From the NCBI GenBank assembly GCA_951406725.2, contig OX597825.1:59706001-59770000 (forward strand): a DNA stretch of 64,000 nucleotides, given 5' to 3'. Shown here one piece after another: positions 1 to 12,004 of this stretch. The notes beneath the pieces are model-generated. The model was given only the letters and a program-made list of their open reading frames with translations, did no database searches and was not told the DNA's origin. The position numbers and the translations under genes were made by a program. The stretch's first letter is position 1. Each line of letters begins with the position of its first letter. The stretch comes from Octopus vulgaris (taxonomy: Eukaryota).

Positions 1-2556
1 AAGCAAGATATCCTTGCCAAAGCTCAAGGGATCCGCCGGTACGAGAAACGCCAACGCTTCTTTGAACAAAACAAAAAGTTCAACTCCAACCACAAAAAGT
101 TCTACCAAGAACTGGGCAAAAGTAAAATAAAAGTCACTGCAGCACCAACGGCAGAAGAATTGGAAGAATTCTGGAGAGAAATATGGTCGGCGAACGAACA
201 GCCAAAAAAAAGGAGTATCAAAATAATAAACTCGGCATATGAACAACTTTGGACCCCCATAACAACTGAAGAGGTCACCCAGGCACTGCAAAAACTAAGC
301 AACTGGAAGGCACCTGGGCATGACAAGATCCCCAACTTCTGGTTGAAATATCTAACAGGAATGCACAAAAAGCTAGCTGAAAATTTTAACAACATACTAG
401 CAGAGCCAGAGACAATGCCTGAATGGCTCACGAAGGGGAAAACCAACTTAATTCCCAAATCAAATGAAACAGCAAAACCAGAAAACTACAGACCAATAAC
501 CTGCCTCCCTACTATGTTCAAGGCATTTATTGCAGTGATATCGCAAAGGCTGGACGAAAACAAAGCACCTGGACGAAAACAAACTGTTCCCTGAAGAGCA
601 GAAAGGATGCCGCAAAGACTCATATGGCTGTAAAGATCAACTAATGATTAATAAAGCCATAACTGAAGACAGCCACAGAAAGAAGAAAGGCCTCAATATG
701 GCCTGGATTGACTACAAAAAGGCGTTTGATAGCATTCCCCACACATGGATCCTCGAAACACTAGCCATTAACAAAGTAGCACCAACAATCATAAAATTCA
801 TAGAGCACTCTATGAATAAATGGCAAACAGTCCTACACCTCCAAACAAAAGAGGGACTCATGAAAACCAAAGACATCCCCATTAGAAGAGGAATATTCCA
901 GGGAGACACGCTCTCTCCACTCCTTTTCTGCTTGGCATTGTCACCTCTATCTGATATGCTAAATAGAACTGGATGCGGATATAAATGTTACGGCAAAACG
1001 ATCAGCCACCTTTTATATATGGATGACCTAAAACTATACGCTGCAAATGACAAACAGCTGGAAACACTATTAAAGACAGTTCATGGATTTACCAAAGAAA
1101 TATATATGAAATTTGGATTAGAAAAATGCGCCAAAGTAACCATGAAAAGAGGAAAACTAGTTAAGAGTAACAACATCACACTAGATAAAACCAATGAAAT
1201 AAAAGAATTAGACCAAAGCCAAACTTACAAATACTTAGGAATCCATGAACTAGATGAGACACAACACACACAAATGAAAGAGAAAATAAAAAAAGAATAT
1301 TATAGACGAGTTAGATCAATACTAAAAACAGAGCTCAATGCTAAAAACAAGATAATAGGTATCAACACTTTAGCTGTCCCAGTTATAAGTTACAGCTACA
1401 ATATCCTTAACTGGACACGAAATGAACTGTCCAAAATAGATAGGAAAACAAGAAAAATAATGACAGGATCTAGGATGCATCACCCAAAATCTGACATAGA
1501 AAGACTATATATACAACGTATAGAAGGTGGTAGAGGCCTTATACAGCTGGAAAACTACTATAAAATAACCACCATAGGACTGCAAAAATATCTACTTCAG
1601 AAGGAAGGAAAACTGATCCAGATAGCGGCAAAACACGAGCAAAACAAAAAACTGTTCTCAGTATTTAAGGAAGCTGACAAATACAAACAAGAAATCATAC
1701 CACCTAATAAACATGAAGAAACAACAAAAGCTATAAAACAAATGAAATCCAAACTAAAAATAGAACAGCAACGAACCATGATAGAACGATGGCAAGAAAA
1801 GCCCCTTCATGGTAAATACTGGACTAAACTAAACGCAAAAGAAATAGACAAAGAAAAATCCCAGCAATGGTTGAGAAGCTCAGGACTCAAAGCGGAAACA
1901 GAGGGATTTTTAATTGCAGCACAAGACCAAAGCCTCCCCACCAGAAATTACCAAAAACATGTAATGAAAAGAAATATTACAAGTAACTGCAGAATATGTG
2001 GAGATGGACAAGAAACAATAAATCACATTATCTCTAGCTGCCCAGTCCTGGCTAAGAAGGAATATATTCACAGACATGACAGAGTTGGAACCTACATACA
2101 TTGGAAGCTATGCCAACATTATGGAATAACAACAGAAAAAAGATGGTATAGGCACACACCAGAAAAGGTCACAGAAAACGAGAAAGCAACCATACTCTGG
2201 GATATGCCGATACACACAGATAGAGAAATTAAGGCCAACAGACCAGATATAGTTGTCAGAGATCATGAAGAAAAAAATGCTTTCTAATTGATGTATCAAT
2301 ACCGGCTGATGACAACGTGTCTCTAAAAGAAATGGAGAAACTCTCAAAATACAAAGACCTGGAAATAGAGGTAACTAGAATGTGGAATCTGAAAACAGAA
2401 ACAATTCCTATCATAGTAGGTGCATTAAGCATGATAAAAAAATATTCAGACAAATACATAACAAAAACACCAGGACTTACAAACACATATAACATACAGA
2501 AAATTGCACTTCTAGGCACTGCACACATCCTACGCAGAATACTTTCCATACAATAA
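1..2556 (+). pseudogene. RT-RLE polyprotein ORF broken by two frameshifts (~551-585 and ~2271-2277)
   Basis: Frame 1 is open 1-594; ORFs 644-2287 and 2317-2556 are consecutive parts of one protein. The first break coincides with a duplicated tggacgaaaacaaa; the second lies in an A7 run. Confidence 0.88.
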
Positions 2557-2653
2557 CCATCAGAGCATCACAACAAATCACAGCACATACCCAAGGCACA
2601 CAGAGCTGCGCTCGATAGTGAAGTGAAAGCACGCTATAAAAATAAAACTACTG

Positions 2654-2662
2654 AATAATAAC

Positions 2663-2723
<61 letters not shown>
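2654..2723 (+). repeat. (TAA)n array, probable Dong target/tail
   Basis: Direct reading; immediately follows the element 3' UTR. Confidence 0.95.
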
Positions 2724-2724
<1 letters not shown>

Positions 2725-3714
2725 GACAACAACTGCAATGATGATGAAAAAGTGATTACAACAATATAAACAACAGCAATGGCAACAACAAAACTAATAT
2801 CAGTGATACTAGTAATAATAATAATAATAATAATAATAGATGAAAACCTGATAATAATGATGATTCAAAGAAGGAGGAGGAAAGTAAATAATGCTTATTG
2901 ATTAATTTCAGAGACACAGTTTGACCAGGTGGTGTGTATACATTCTTAAGGACATTGTTCGTATAGCACAGTCTAATGGTTACAAGGAATCAATATTTTA
3001 ATCAAAGACTCAGTTATACTCTATCAAATCAGACTGTTCGCTACTGTGTCTGTATTCTCGTATTGAAACGATAATTTGTTAATTGTGTCTGAAGTTGTTG
3101 TTGTTCTTAAGCATTTGTCTTTGTGCTAGATATGCTGTATTTAAGATTACATTATTTAATGTATCTTTCGTTTCTTAACATGTTAAAGAATGCTATAAGT
3201 GAAATTCGGCAGCAGTTTCCAGCTGATCAAGCAACCCAGAAGTTTCTTCTTTGGCTGAAGGTGAAAATAGAAGTGCTTCAGCCAATAAATATCTATGCTA
3301 GCAGCGACACTAAGTTCTCTACACTCTGTAATCCACAAAATTAAAACGCAATAAAGATGAGGAATATGTCATTGTATACTCAGATGATATCACAATACTC
3401 CTCCCCAGTATATATATGATACTACCTTTAACTACTTATTAAATTTCTGCTCACAAACATCAGCAACAGCTAACCTAGAGACCCCGTGCCAAACTTGTCT
3501 GAATATAAAGGTTAAAATATCTAACAGAGGGAACACGATAGTCGAGCCTTTTTCAACAAAATCAGAACTCATTCGCTTGCTGATGAAGCAATGTATACAG
3601 TTATTAATATACTCTACATATCATCAACGGAATAGGAACATTTCAGTGCTGATCAGTTGTTGAGAGGACCCAAGCATATCTAGGTACAACTTTGGTTCAA
3701 TGTTGTTTTTATTT

Positions 3715-4164
3715 TTTACTTGCTTCAGTCATTATATTGCGACCATGCTGGGGCACCGCTCTGAAACATTTTTTTAGTCAAATGAATAAACCTAATGACA
3801 TATTTTTTTTCTTTTAAGCCTGGTACTTATACTACCGATCTTTTTTGCCAAGCCGCTAAGTTAAGAGAACGTAAAGACACCAGCACATGTTGTCAAGCTG
3901 TAGTGAAACACACACACACAGACACACATACACAGACACACATACACACACACATACACATACGTACACACACACACATGCACACAAATACACACATAAT
4001 CTATATGATAGGCTTCTTTTAGTTTTCATCTATCAAATCCACTCACAACGTTTTGGTTGGCTATAGGAGAAAACACTTGCCCAAGGTACCACGCAGTGGG
4101 ACTGAATCCCCAAAAATTCTGGTCGGGAAAAAAGCTTGATATCATCTAGCAACTCCGGCGCCTA
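3715..4164 (-). mobile_element. tRNA-derived SINE, group B (tRNA-like head, internal microsatellite, LINE-like tail)
   Basis: Shares cccaaggt(g/a)ccacgcagtgggactgaa, aagcctggtactta and cagtcat..gaccatgct blocks with 27975-28390 and 13440-13805. Confidence 0.8.
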
Positions 4165-4882
4165 TATAAAGCATTATAGAATACTCAATGCAAAGTGCAA
4201 TAATTCAAAGAGAATGATTCACTCATCAACAAACGTCAACTTCTGACCAACAAGCGCCCTCTCAACTCTCCCCTATCATTTACTGTTGCTATTTTTTTTC
4301 TGAATTTCTGAACTAACCAATTCTTATCTTACCTCTCCATAAGCCTTTCACACATTCCTGATTTTTTTTTCCTTCTTCAACATCTATTCGTTATCTCACT
4401 CCACAAAGTTTACAATAAATTCTTTGAGATATCCTCCACAACAGAAACTGCTTGGAACTCCCTATCTTCTATGGACTTCAGTCTAAAAAAAAATAAATAA
4501 ATCTGAAAGTTGTCAACTATCGCAGTTAAGCAGATTAAATCATTATCTGCTTTTATCCTTTAATACCATAAAAGCTATATATCCATAATTTGATATATAT
4601 AAATACACACGCAAACACACACACATATACATGCGCATAAATACATACACACAAGTACATGCTCACACACACACAGACACACAGACACAAATAGACACAC
4701 ACGCACGCACAAACACACGCACACATACGCACACAAATATATCAAGCAACAAGACAACACGTCACATATAGAATAACACAGAACAATATCTAACTCTTCC
4801 GTTTCACTGAACCTGTCACTAGCAAAGACATGACAGGACAAAAATGTTAACAGTCAGAATTCTATGAATTTCAATGGTAGCA

Positions 4883-4933
<51 letters not shown>

Positions 4934-5029
4934 CCTCATCATCATCATCATTATCATCATCATTATCATCATCATCATCATCATCATCATCATCGTCGTC
5001 GTCGTCGTCGTCGTCGTTGATGTGTGTTG

Positions 5030-5119
<90 letters not shown>

Positions 5120-5142
5120 GTTGTTGTTGTTGTTGTTGTTGT
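4883..5142. repeat. Compound trinucleotide microsatellite (TTA/TCA/TCG/TTG)
   Basis: Direct reading. Confidence 0.95.
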
Positions 5143-5431
5143 TATCTGTATTTTTCTATTTTCCTCCTACATGTTACCGCTAAAGCTGGTTTGCAATTTA
5201 ATAAGACAGAATCATCGTACTCCAGGAAGATAAGAAATAAAATATAATTTCAAATCTAAATGAATATAAAGTAAAATTATAATAAAACTCAATTTGAAAA
5301 CCCTGATTACATGCTGGATTTTCGTTTTCCATTTATTTCCTAGTCTACAGTGCTTTATTTCTAAGATACAATGATTGTTGATCGTTTCAGGCTGTACAAG
5401 AATTTATAAATTGCCAGAAGATACTCTAAAT

Positions 5432-5743
5432 CGGTGGTTCTCAGACGTTTCTTTTTTTTTACCTATGGACCCCTTCGCGTATTTTATTACTCTGGTGAAA
5501 CCCAAGAACCTTTCTATTTTTAAAAACTAATTTTATAGATACTTCTTTCAACATAGATACTTCTTTCAACTTGTATAGATTCAACTATATAAAATGTCAG
5601 AGAAAGAAACCTTGGAATGTATACATTTAAATCAGAACTATCCATGCATCATTAAAATATTACATTTTGTTGATGTGCCTCCCCCCATCAAAAAAATTAT
5701 ATGAACATCCAAGGTCTATATGGATCTCGGTTGAGAACCATTG
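5432..5743. mobile_element. hAT (Charlie-like) MITE
   Basis: Ends cggtggttctcagac / ggttgagaaccattg resemble the CAGTGGTTCTCAAC TIR; flanking 8-mers ctctaaat and ctcttaat match 7/8 (TSD). Confidence 0.7.
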
Positions 5744-5896
5744 CTCTTAATGAAGTCAGCAAAAAATAAACAATAGCTGAATCTGTAATTTGTTAAACAT
5801 ACACAAATATCTTTTTACCGAAATATTGGGACATACATACATATATACATACATACATACATACATACATACATACATACATACATACATACATAC

Positions 5897-6278
5897 GTGG
5901 AGGCGCAATGGCCCAGCGCTTAGGGCAGCGGACTCGCGGTCGTAGGATCGCGGTTTCGATTCCCAGACCGGGCGTTGTGAGTGTTTATTCAGCGAAAACA
6001 CCTAAAGTTCCACGAGGCTCCGGCGGGGATAGTGGTGATCCTCGCTGTACTCTTTCACCACAACTTTCTCTCACTCTTACTTCCTGTTTCTGTTGTACCT
6101 GTATTTCAAAGGGCCGGCCTTGTCACTCTCTGTGTCACGCTGAATATCTCCGAGAACTGCGTTAAGGGTATACGTGTCTGTGGAGTGCTCAGCCACTTAC
6201 ACGTTAATTTCACGAGCAGGCTGTTCCGTTCATCGGATCAGCCGGAACCCTCGTCGTCGTAACCGACGGAGTGCTTCC
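5897..6278 (+). mobile_element. tRNA-derived SINE, group C, inserted in (TACA)n
   Basis: A-box-like tggcccagcgcttagg and B-box-like ggtttcgattccc; 3' half (ttcaaaggg..gagtgctcagccact..ctcgtcgtcgtaaccgacggagtg) shared with 28820-29143 and 45313-45634. Confidence 0.85.
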
Positions 6279-6315
6279 ACCACCACATACATACATACAT
6301 ACATACATACATACA

Positions 6316-6349
<34 letters not shown>

Positions 6350-6749
6350 CAGCACCAGAACTACCATCAACATCGTCGTCGTCGTTGTCGTTGTCATCAT
6401 CATCATCATCATACATACATACATACATACATACAAACATACATATAGAGACACATATTTATACCTATAGACGTACATATCTGAAATAGTCCACTGGAGT
6501 GCGTGTCTGGGGATTGAACCTCCAAGATCCCCACAGAAATAGTAGACCACTTTGATGGAGGGAAGGCTGGAGAGAAACTCCGTAACTCTAAAGAACTGAG
6601 TTTTTCTTCAAGAATCGTTGGCTTAATCCGTTTTGCTGTTTACCGCAAAAAACCTGGATCATAGCTTTATTTAGCAGAATCCATTTTATTGCTCATATTT
6701 CTGAAGTGTTACTTTTTAAGGATTCCATGATTGGTATGACGCCGATTCC

Positions 6750-7600
6750 AGATGGGGAGGTTCGAAACGTCATCATACCGCCGGTGTCATGAACTCCCTA
6801 TGGAAGTGCTCCTAGTGCCACTTCTCTATCTCCCAGAAGACGAAGATTCGTATCAACAACGCATCGGTTCTGTCTATTCTCCTAAGGCGGAGAGCTGGCA
6901 GAATCGTTAGCACGCCGGGCGAAATGCGTAGCCGTATTTCGTCTGCCGTTACGTTCTGAGTTCAAATTTCGCCGAGGTCGACTTTGCCTTTCATCCTCTC
7001 GAGGTCGATAAATAAAGTACCAGTTTTGCACTGGGTCGATGTAATCGACTTAATCCCTTTGTCTGCCCTTGTTTGTCCCCTCTATGTTTAGCCCCTTGAG
7101 GGCAGTAAAGAAATATATTCTCCTCTATGGAGCAGAAACTTCTCCCGTCTCGAAGAGGATCAAATAGGATCGGCAGCTTCAATAGCAGTGCCCTTAGAAC
7201 TATCAAGAATATTACATGGTACCATCACGTTTCCAACAAACAACTGCATGCGCGCACGCATCTGCCTTCCACCTCACAGCTATCCGTTGTATGCGCTGGT
7301 ACGGACATATCCTCCGTCACCCGCTAGACCATCCTACCAGGGCTTTACTTTCATTCGACGCAGCAGCTGTGAGCTAAGAGAGGCTCCGTGGCAGGCCCCG
7401 AATCAAATGACTGGAGGTGACGGGAGAAGATCTCCATAGGCTCGACGTCACTTTGGAGGATGCAGAGAAGTTGGCACAGGACTGCCAGCGATGGAGAGCT
7501 CTTGTGGACTTGGTCGGCTCTGCGTATGATGGTGTCTGTGGAACCACTAACCTGGGTTGATCCCCAGTCCCATAAAACAAGAGCATGAAGCAAGCAAGGA
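6750..7600 (+). mobile_element. RTE-clade LINE 3' fragment, interrupted by a SINE
   Basis: Removing the SINE gives TKIRINNASVLSILLYGAET; downstream LRTIKNITW..VSN, RWYGHILR, RGRPR, AQD..RWR motifs; short aagc tail. Confidence 0.8.
6884..7115 (+). mobile_element. SINE group A (Meta/MESC-like core), full length with TSD
   Basis: Head ggcggagagctggcagaatcgttagc..gagttcaaat; core gtcgactttgcctttcatcct..gtcgataaataaagtacca; 9-bp TSD tattctcct at 6875-6883 and 7116-7124. Confidence 0.88.
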
Positions 7601-8094
7601 ATCAAGCTAGCAACCAAAATTTGCATGAGAAAACTGTGAAGAAAACTTCAACCCTTTTTTCATACCAATCATCATGGAAACCTTAAAAATATACATATTT
7701 ACTGCCATTTCTCCTCTCCCTAAACCAGAAAATAATTACATTCCGTAAAAAAAAACATTGCATTTTCTTTTCATCTAATGTAATATTTAAAGAGATATAA
7801 GTGCCTTTTCAACTACATTTCTTTTTACGCCTCTACTTTAAAATGTACCCTTAGTCTGAGAACTTTACGACACATTGCATACCACTTACATCTAGAATAG
7901 ACAGCCATCGCTTCATGTCAACATACTTTGTATAATGCTCTTTAATAAATAAATAAATAAAAGCATAAAATCACCTTCAATTTGTCTTGCACCAAAGAGC
8001 TACACGACTTGAGGAGGTAGTATATTTTTTTTATTCATTTGTTATATGTATATTTTTTAAACACTAAAATCAATACTTCTTAACATATGAATCA

Positions 8095-8875
8095 CTTTTA
8101 TCATTCGCATCGCCATCATCGCCATCAGCGCCAGTGTTGTTATCACGACAATCATCGCCATCACCATTGTCAGCACCAGAACCACCATCAACATCGTCGT
8201 CGACGTCGACGTCGTTGTTGTTGTCATCATCATCATCACCGTCGTCATCCACAACATCGTTGTCTTCGACGTCGTCATCATCTTTATCACCATCATCGTC
8301 GTCGTCGTCATCATCATCATCAACATCATCATCATCTTCGCCGCTGCCATCACGCCCCAAGAACCATCATTAGCAACAACACCACCACCAACACCGTCAC
8401 TGTCATTGTATTCAGTTTCATTGTTTTGTTCTTTTCTTGTCTTTGTCATTGTTATGGTTATTTTCCCACTTTTCCTAGCACTCCCCACATCTCCTCCTCT
8501 TCCTTTGCGTCCTCCCCTCCTCCTCCTCCTCCTACTTCGTCTCCTCCTACTTCGTCTCCTCCTACTTCGTCTCGACCTCCTTCGCCTTCTACTCCTCTTC
8601 CTTCGCCTCCTCCTTCGCCTTCTGCTCGTCTTCCTTCGCCTCCTCCTCCTCCTCCTGCTCCTCTTCCTTCGTATCCTGCTCCTCCTGCTCCTCTTCCTTC
8701 GCCTCCTTTTCCTCCTCCTTCTCCTCTTCCTTCGCTTCCTCCTCCTCCTCCTCCTCCTCCTCCCCTCTTCCTTCGCCTCCAAATCTTCCTTCGTTTCCTT
8801 CTCCTCTTCCATCACCTCCTCCTGTTCCTTCGTTTCGTTCTCCTCTTCCTTCGCATCCTCCCCTTCCATCACCTT
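8095..8875. repeat. Compound trinucleotide / polypyrimidine low-complexity tract (CAT, CGT, CCT, CTT)
   Basis: Direct reading; source of the spurious Arg/Asp/Pro-rich ORFs. Confidence 0.9.
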
Positions 8876-9150
8876 CTTAGCCTATTCCGCTGTATTCTAA
8901 TCCAACAATATTTTTCTCCATGGTATTTACATAAGCAACCTTTTCCCATCTTGAAATACATTCATTTATACATATTTAAATATGCAAACCTCTCATCACT
9001 TCCTGTATGGCATTCCTTCTCTATCTCTGTCTGTCTGTCTGTCTATCTCTTACTCACTTACACTCTACTTCTAGCTTGTCACAACTTCTAGTTTTGCACA
9101 TGTATATATATATATATATATACTTTATTTAAAGCAGCAGAAAATTCAAC

Positions 9151-9198
9151 AAAATCTGTTACTCTGAGTTTCTCGTTGCCGTTCATCAGACAGTTTTT
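9151..9198 (-). ncRNA. Minimal type I hammerhead ribozyme motif
   Basis: Minus strand reads aaaaactgt CTGATGA acggcaacga GAAA ctc-a-gag TA acagatttt: stem I ctgt/acag, stem II cg-gcaa-cg, quasi-palindromic stem III, GUA cleavage triplet. Confidence 0.8.
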
Positions 9199-9744
9199 GC
9201 TAGAATGGAACCGATATATCAATTCAATGCAGACTCTTACAAACGCTACACCTTTAAAAAATGGACTTGTTTGATTGGCCCTTTAGAAATAACGGTCAAT
9301 CTTCGAGCGATAAACAAAAAAAAGAGCACAAAAATATATTGTATATATATATAAAAAAATTATAAAAATTATAAAAATTATAAAATTCGAGGAAAAAACC
9401 TTACATTGAATAAAATACATATTGACGTTAATGAAGAAAATATAATTAATGCATAGAAATTAAAACTTATTATAAATATTACACTGCAATACATATTCAT
9501 ATTAAAGTGTACATATATATATCAACATACACAGAAGGATGCGTGCAAACGCCATACATATACAGACGTATAAATATAAATCTAAAATATACACACAAAT
9601 GCATGCATACATATATGTACGCAATCTATCTCGCACGCAAGTTAAAATCATCGATGTAGCGTTTCTCATTTACTGAGTAAAGCTTAAGTAAGGGGGACGT
9701 AAAGTTGTATCAGTATCAGTTAGAGATATATGTATATATATATG

Positions 9745-9783
<39 letters not shown>

Positions 9784-9900
9784 TGTATGTGTGTGTATGT
9801 ATATGTATGTATATATAGATATATATACACATATTTGTATATACTTATATATATGTATATATATACATGAATACATGCATATATATTTATATTTATATGT

Positions 9901-9972
<72 letters not shown>

Positions 9973-9984
9973 TATATATGTATA

Positions 9985-10650
9985 TGTAAAAAAATACAAA
10001 CTGGGGCAAGAACGCAAAACATTTAGAAGACGATACAAAAAACACGTACGCGACATTCGAAGCCTTCAATCCTCAGTCAAGAACCGGATCATCCTCGCAA
10101 TTTCGGCTGATTAATCTTGAGATTGCTCCGACCTGGCCAGCCCCAAAGGAAAATCTAAGCCAAGCGCATTAGATTCCTTGGAAGAAAGCCTCGAATGTAT
10201 ACAAAACAAGGACGGGAACAAATAAGAATACAAAAATAAGTAAAAATAATAATAACACGAATAAGAATACGAAAATACGTAAAAAACAATAATGATAATA
10301 ATAATAACAAAAACAGGACGTCACAGACAGGCGTATTTTCGACAGGACAGGTGAACTTGTGCTGGTGCATTGGAAAAATGCCTTGAGGTGAAGAGAGAAG
10401 AGAGGTGTGTCTAGCCTCGGCGGCTGCTGACCACGAAAAGGCAGGACAGCAGTCCAAATTTAGTCACGTGTGAGGAGAAGAGGGAGGAAAAGTGGGACAG
10501 AGGAAGAGAGAAAAAAAGGGAACAAGGAAAAAGGAGGAGGAGAAGAGAGAGAGAGAGAGAAGAGACAGATCAAAGTGGAGTGCAAAGTGTGATAGGCAGA
10601 GAAACGTAGGAGAGGGGGGGAGAGTGAGAGACAGTACCAAGTTTAAAGAT
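9985..10650. repeat. Unclassified interspersed repeat between two (TA)n tracts
   Basis: Complex GC-richer island bounded by TA runs; no coding motif recognised. Confidence 0.4.
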
Positions 10651-10653
10651 AAA

Positions 10654-10717
<64 letters not shown>

Positions 10718-10878
10718 CATATATTTATGTAGGTACGTACATATATGTTTGTATGTATGCATATATTTTATTTATTACACTATTGTATGACTGAGCGCCT
10801 TCGCGTCGATTCGATTCGATTTGTTTCGTTTCGTTTCTTCTTCTCTAAGCTGTTTTATACAGACACACACACACACAT

Positions 10879-10991
<113 letters not shown>

Positions 10992-11264
10992 TATATGATG
11001 CAAACCATAGAAAGGACCGCATTTGAGCAGGTTCTATGTTTTCAATTTATGGTACCCGCGATAGATTTGTATACAAATCAATGCATATTTATGCATATAT
11101 GTTAATATTTTAACCTGTATAACCTACACATAAACACACACACACACACACACACGCACCCCCATACATATATACAGGTCTGTTTTCTCATACGCCTCTA
11201 TTTCTCCCAATATATGTTTATATACATATATACGTAAATATATAATGCCCACCAACACACACAC

Positions 11265-11418
11265 ACATAGAGTTAGACATAAATGTATCGACAGAAGAAG
11301 TGTGGAACGATCTAATATACATTTCGTACACGCAAATAACGATACACTAAAGCACATACTTCATTCTTATGTTCCAGTGCACGTACAGCTTTATGTATAT
11401 AATCATACACAACCTCCT

Positions 11419-11460
<42 letters not shown>

Positions 11461-11551
11461 TATGCGTGTGTATGTATATATACGTATGCATGTGTGTATA
11501 GATATATATTTGTATGTAACCATTATGTATGAAGTCTTATGTGTCTGAATA
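11265..11551 (+). repeat. Direct repeat copy 1 (partner 13805-14169)
   Basis: catagagttagacataaatgta..aacctccttg..tatgtatgaagt..gaata present in both copies with scattered substitutions. Confidence 0.9.
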
Positions 11552-11726
11552 CTCATATAATATATATGAGTGCGTATATACGTATGCATGAATAGACACA
11601 CACACACACTCACACTCACACGCATATACACTCACACGTAACTGATCAGAACTACCAAAAGATTATGATATCTTTTCAATAAAAACTGCTCCGTACATGC
11701 TAAGGTGTTTTAATCCTCAGATATGC
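11550..11726 (+). repeat. Inverted repeat copy 1 (partner 17254-17442)
   Basis: gtaactgatcagaactaccaaaagattatgatatcttttcaataaaaactg..aatcctcagatatgc is reverse-complemented at 17254-17442. Confidence 0.92.
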
Positions 11727-12004
11727 AGTTGTTATTATTTGTGCTTCAAAATATCTCACGTGTTTTACGATGGTTCTGTTTTTTCAGTTGTTTATACCAA
11801 ATCGTAAAGAAAAGTGAGATAAAAACAAAGAGCCTTCGTGTATTGTAACATGTGTTTTGTGCTTACGATATGCACTCTCTAAATTCTTGAACTTACATGG
11901 GTTCCATTTCTTTAACGACAAGGTACCATTAATAGCATTAGTTTTGTCATTCTCGTTGTCGTCATGGCTGTCGTCATCATTATAATCGTCATTACTACCA
12001 CCAC

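Larger units (their letters stand above)
1..2723 (+). mobile_element. R4/Dong-clade non-LTR retrotransposon (RT + CCHC + restriction-like endonuclease), 5' part outside window, ending in (TAA)n
   Basis: RT motifs KAPGHD, NYRPITCL, WIDYKKAFDS, GIFQGDTLSPLLF, HLLYMDDLKLY, YKYLG; CRICG..ETINHIISSC zinc knuckle; RHD, RPD, IDVSI, EKLSKY RLE motifs; stop at 2556, ~100 bp 3' UTR, then TAA array 2654-2723. Confidence 0.93.

Noticed and set aside
3575-3595. ttgCTGATGAagcaa
   Set aside because: No downstream GAAA or stem III; chance match
8057-9091. Long Arg/Glu-, His/Pro- and Asp-rich ORFs (protamine-like appearance)
   Set aside because: Open in several frames on both strands simply because the trinucleotide tract lacks stops; no domain or splice evidence
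10050-10110. Minus-strand CTGAGGA..GAA possible hammerhead
   Set aside because: No GAAA plus stem III and cleavage triplet in a workable arrangement
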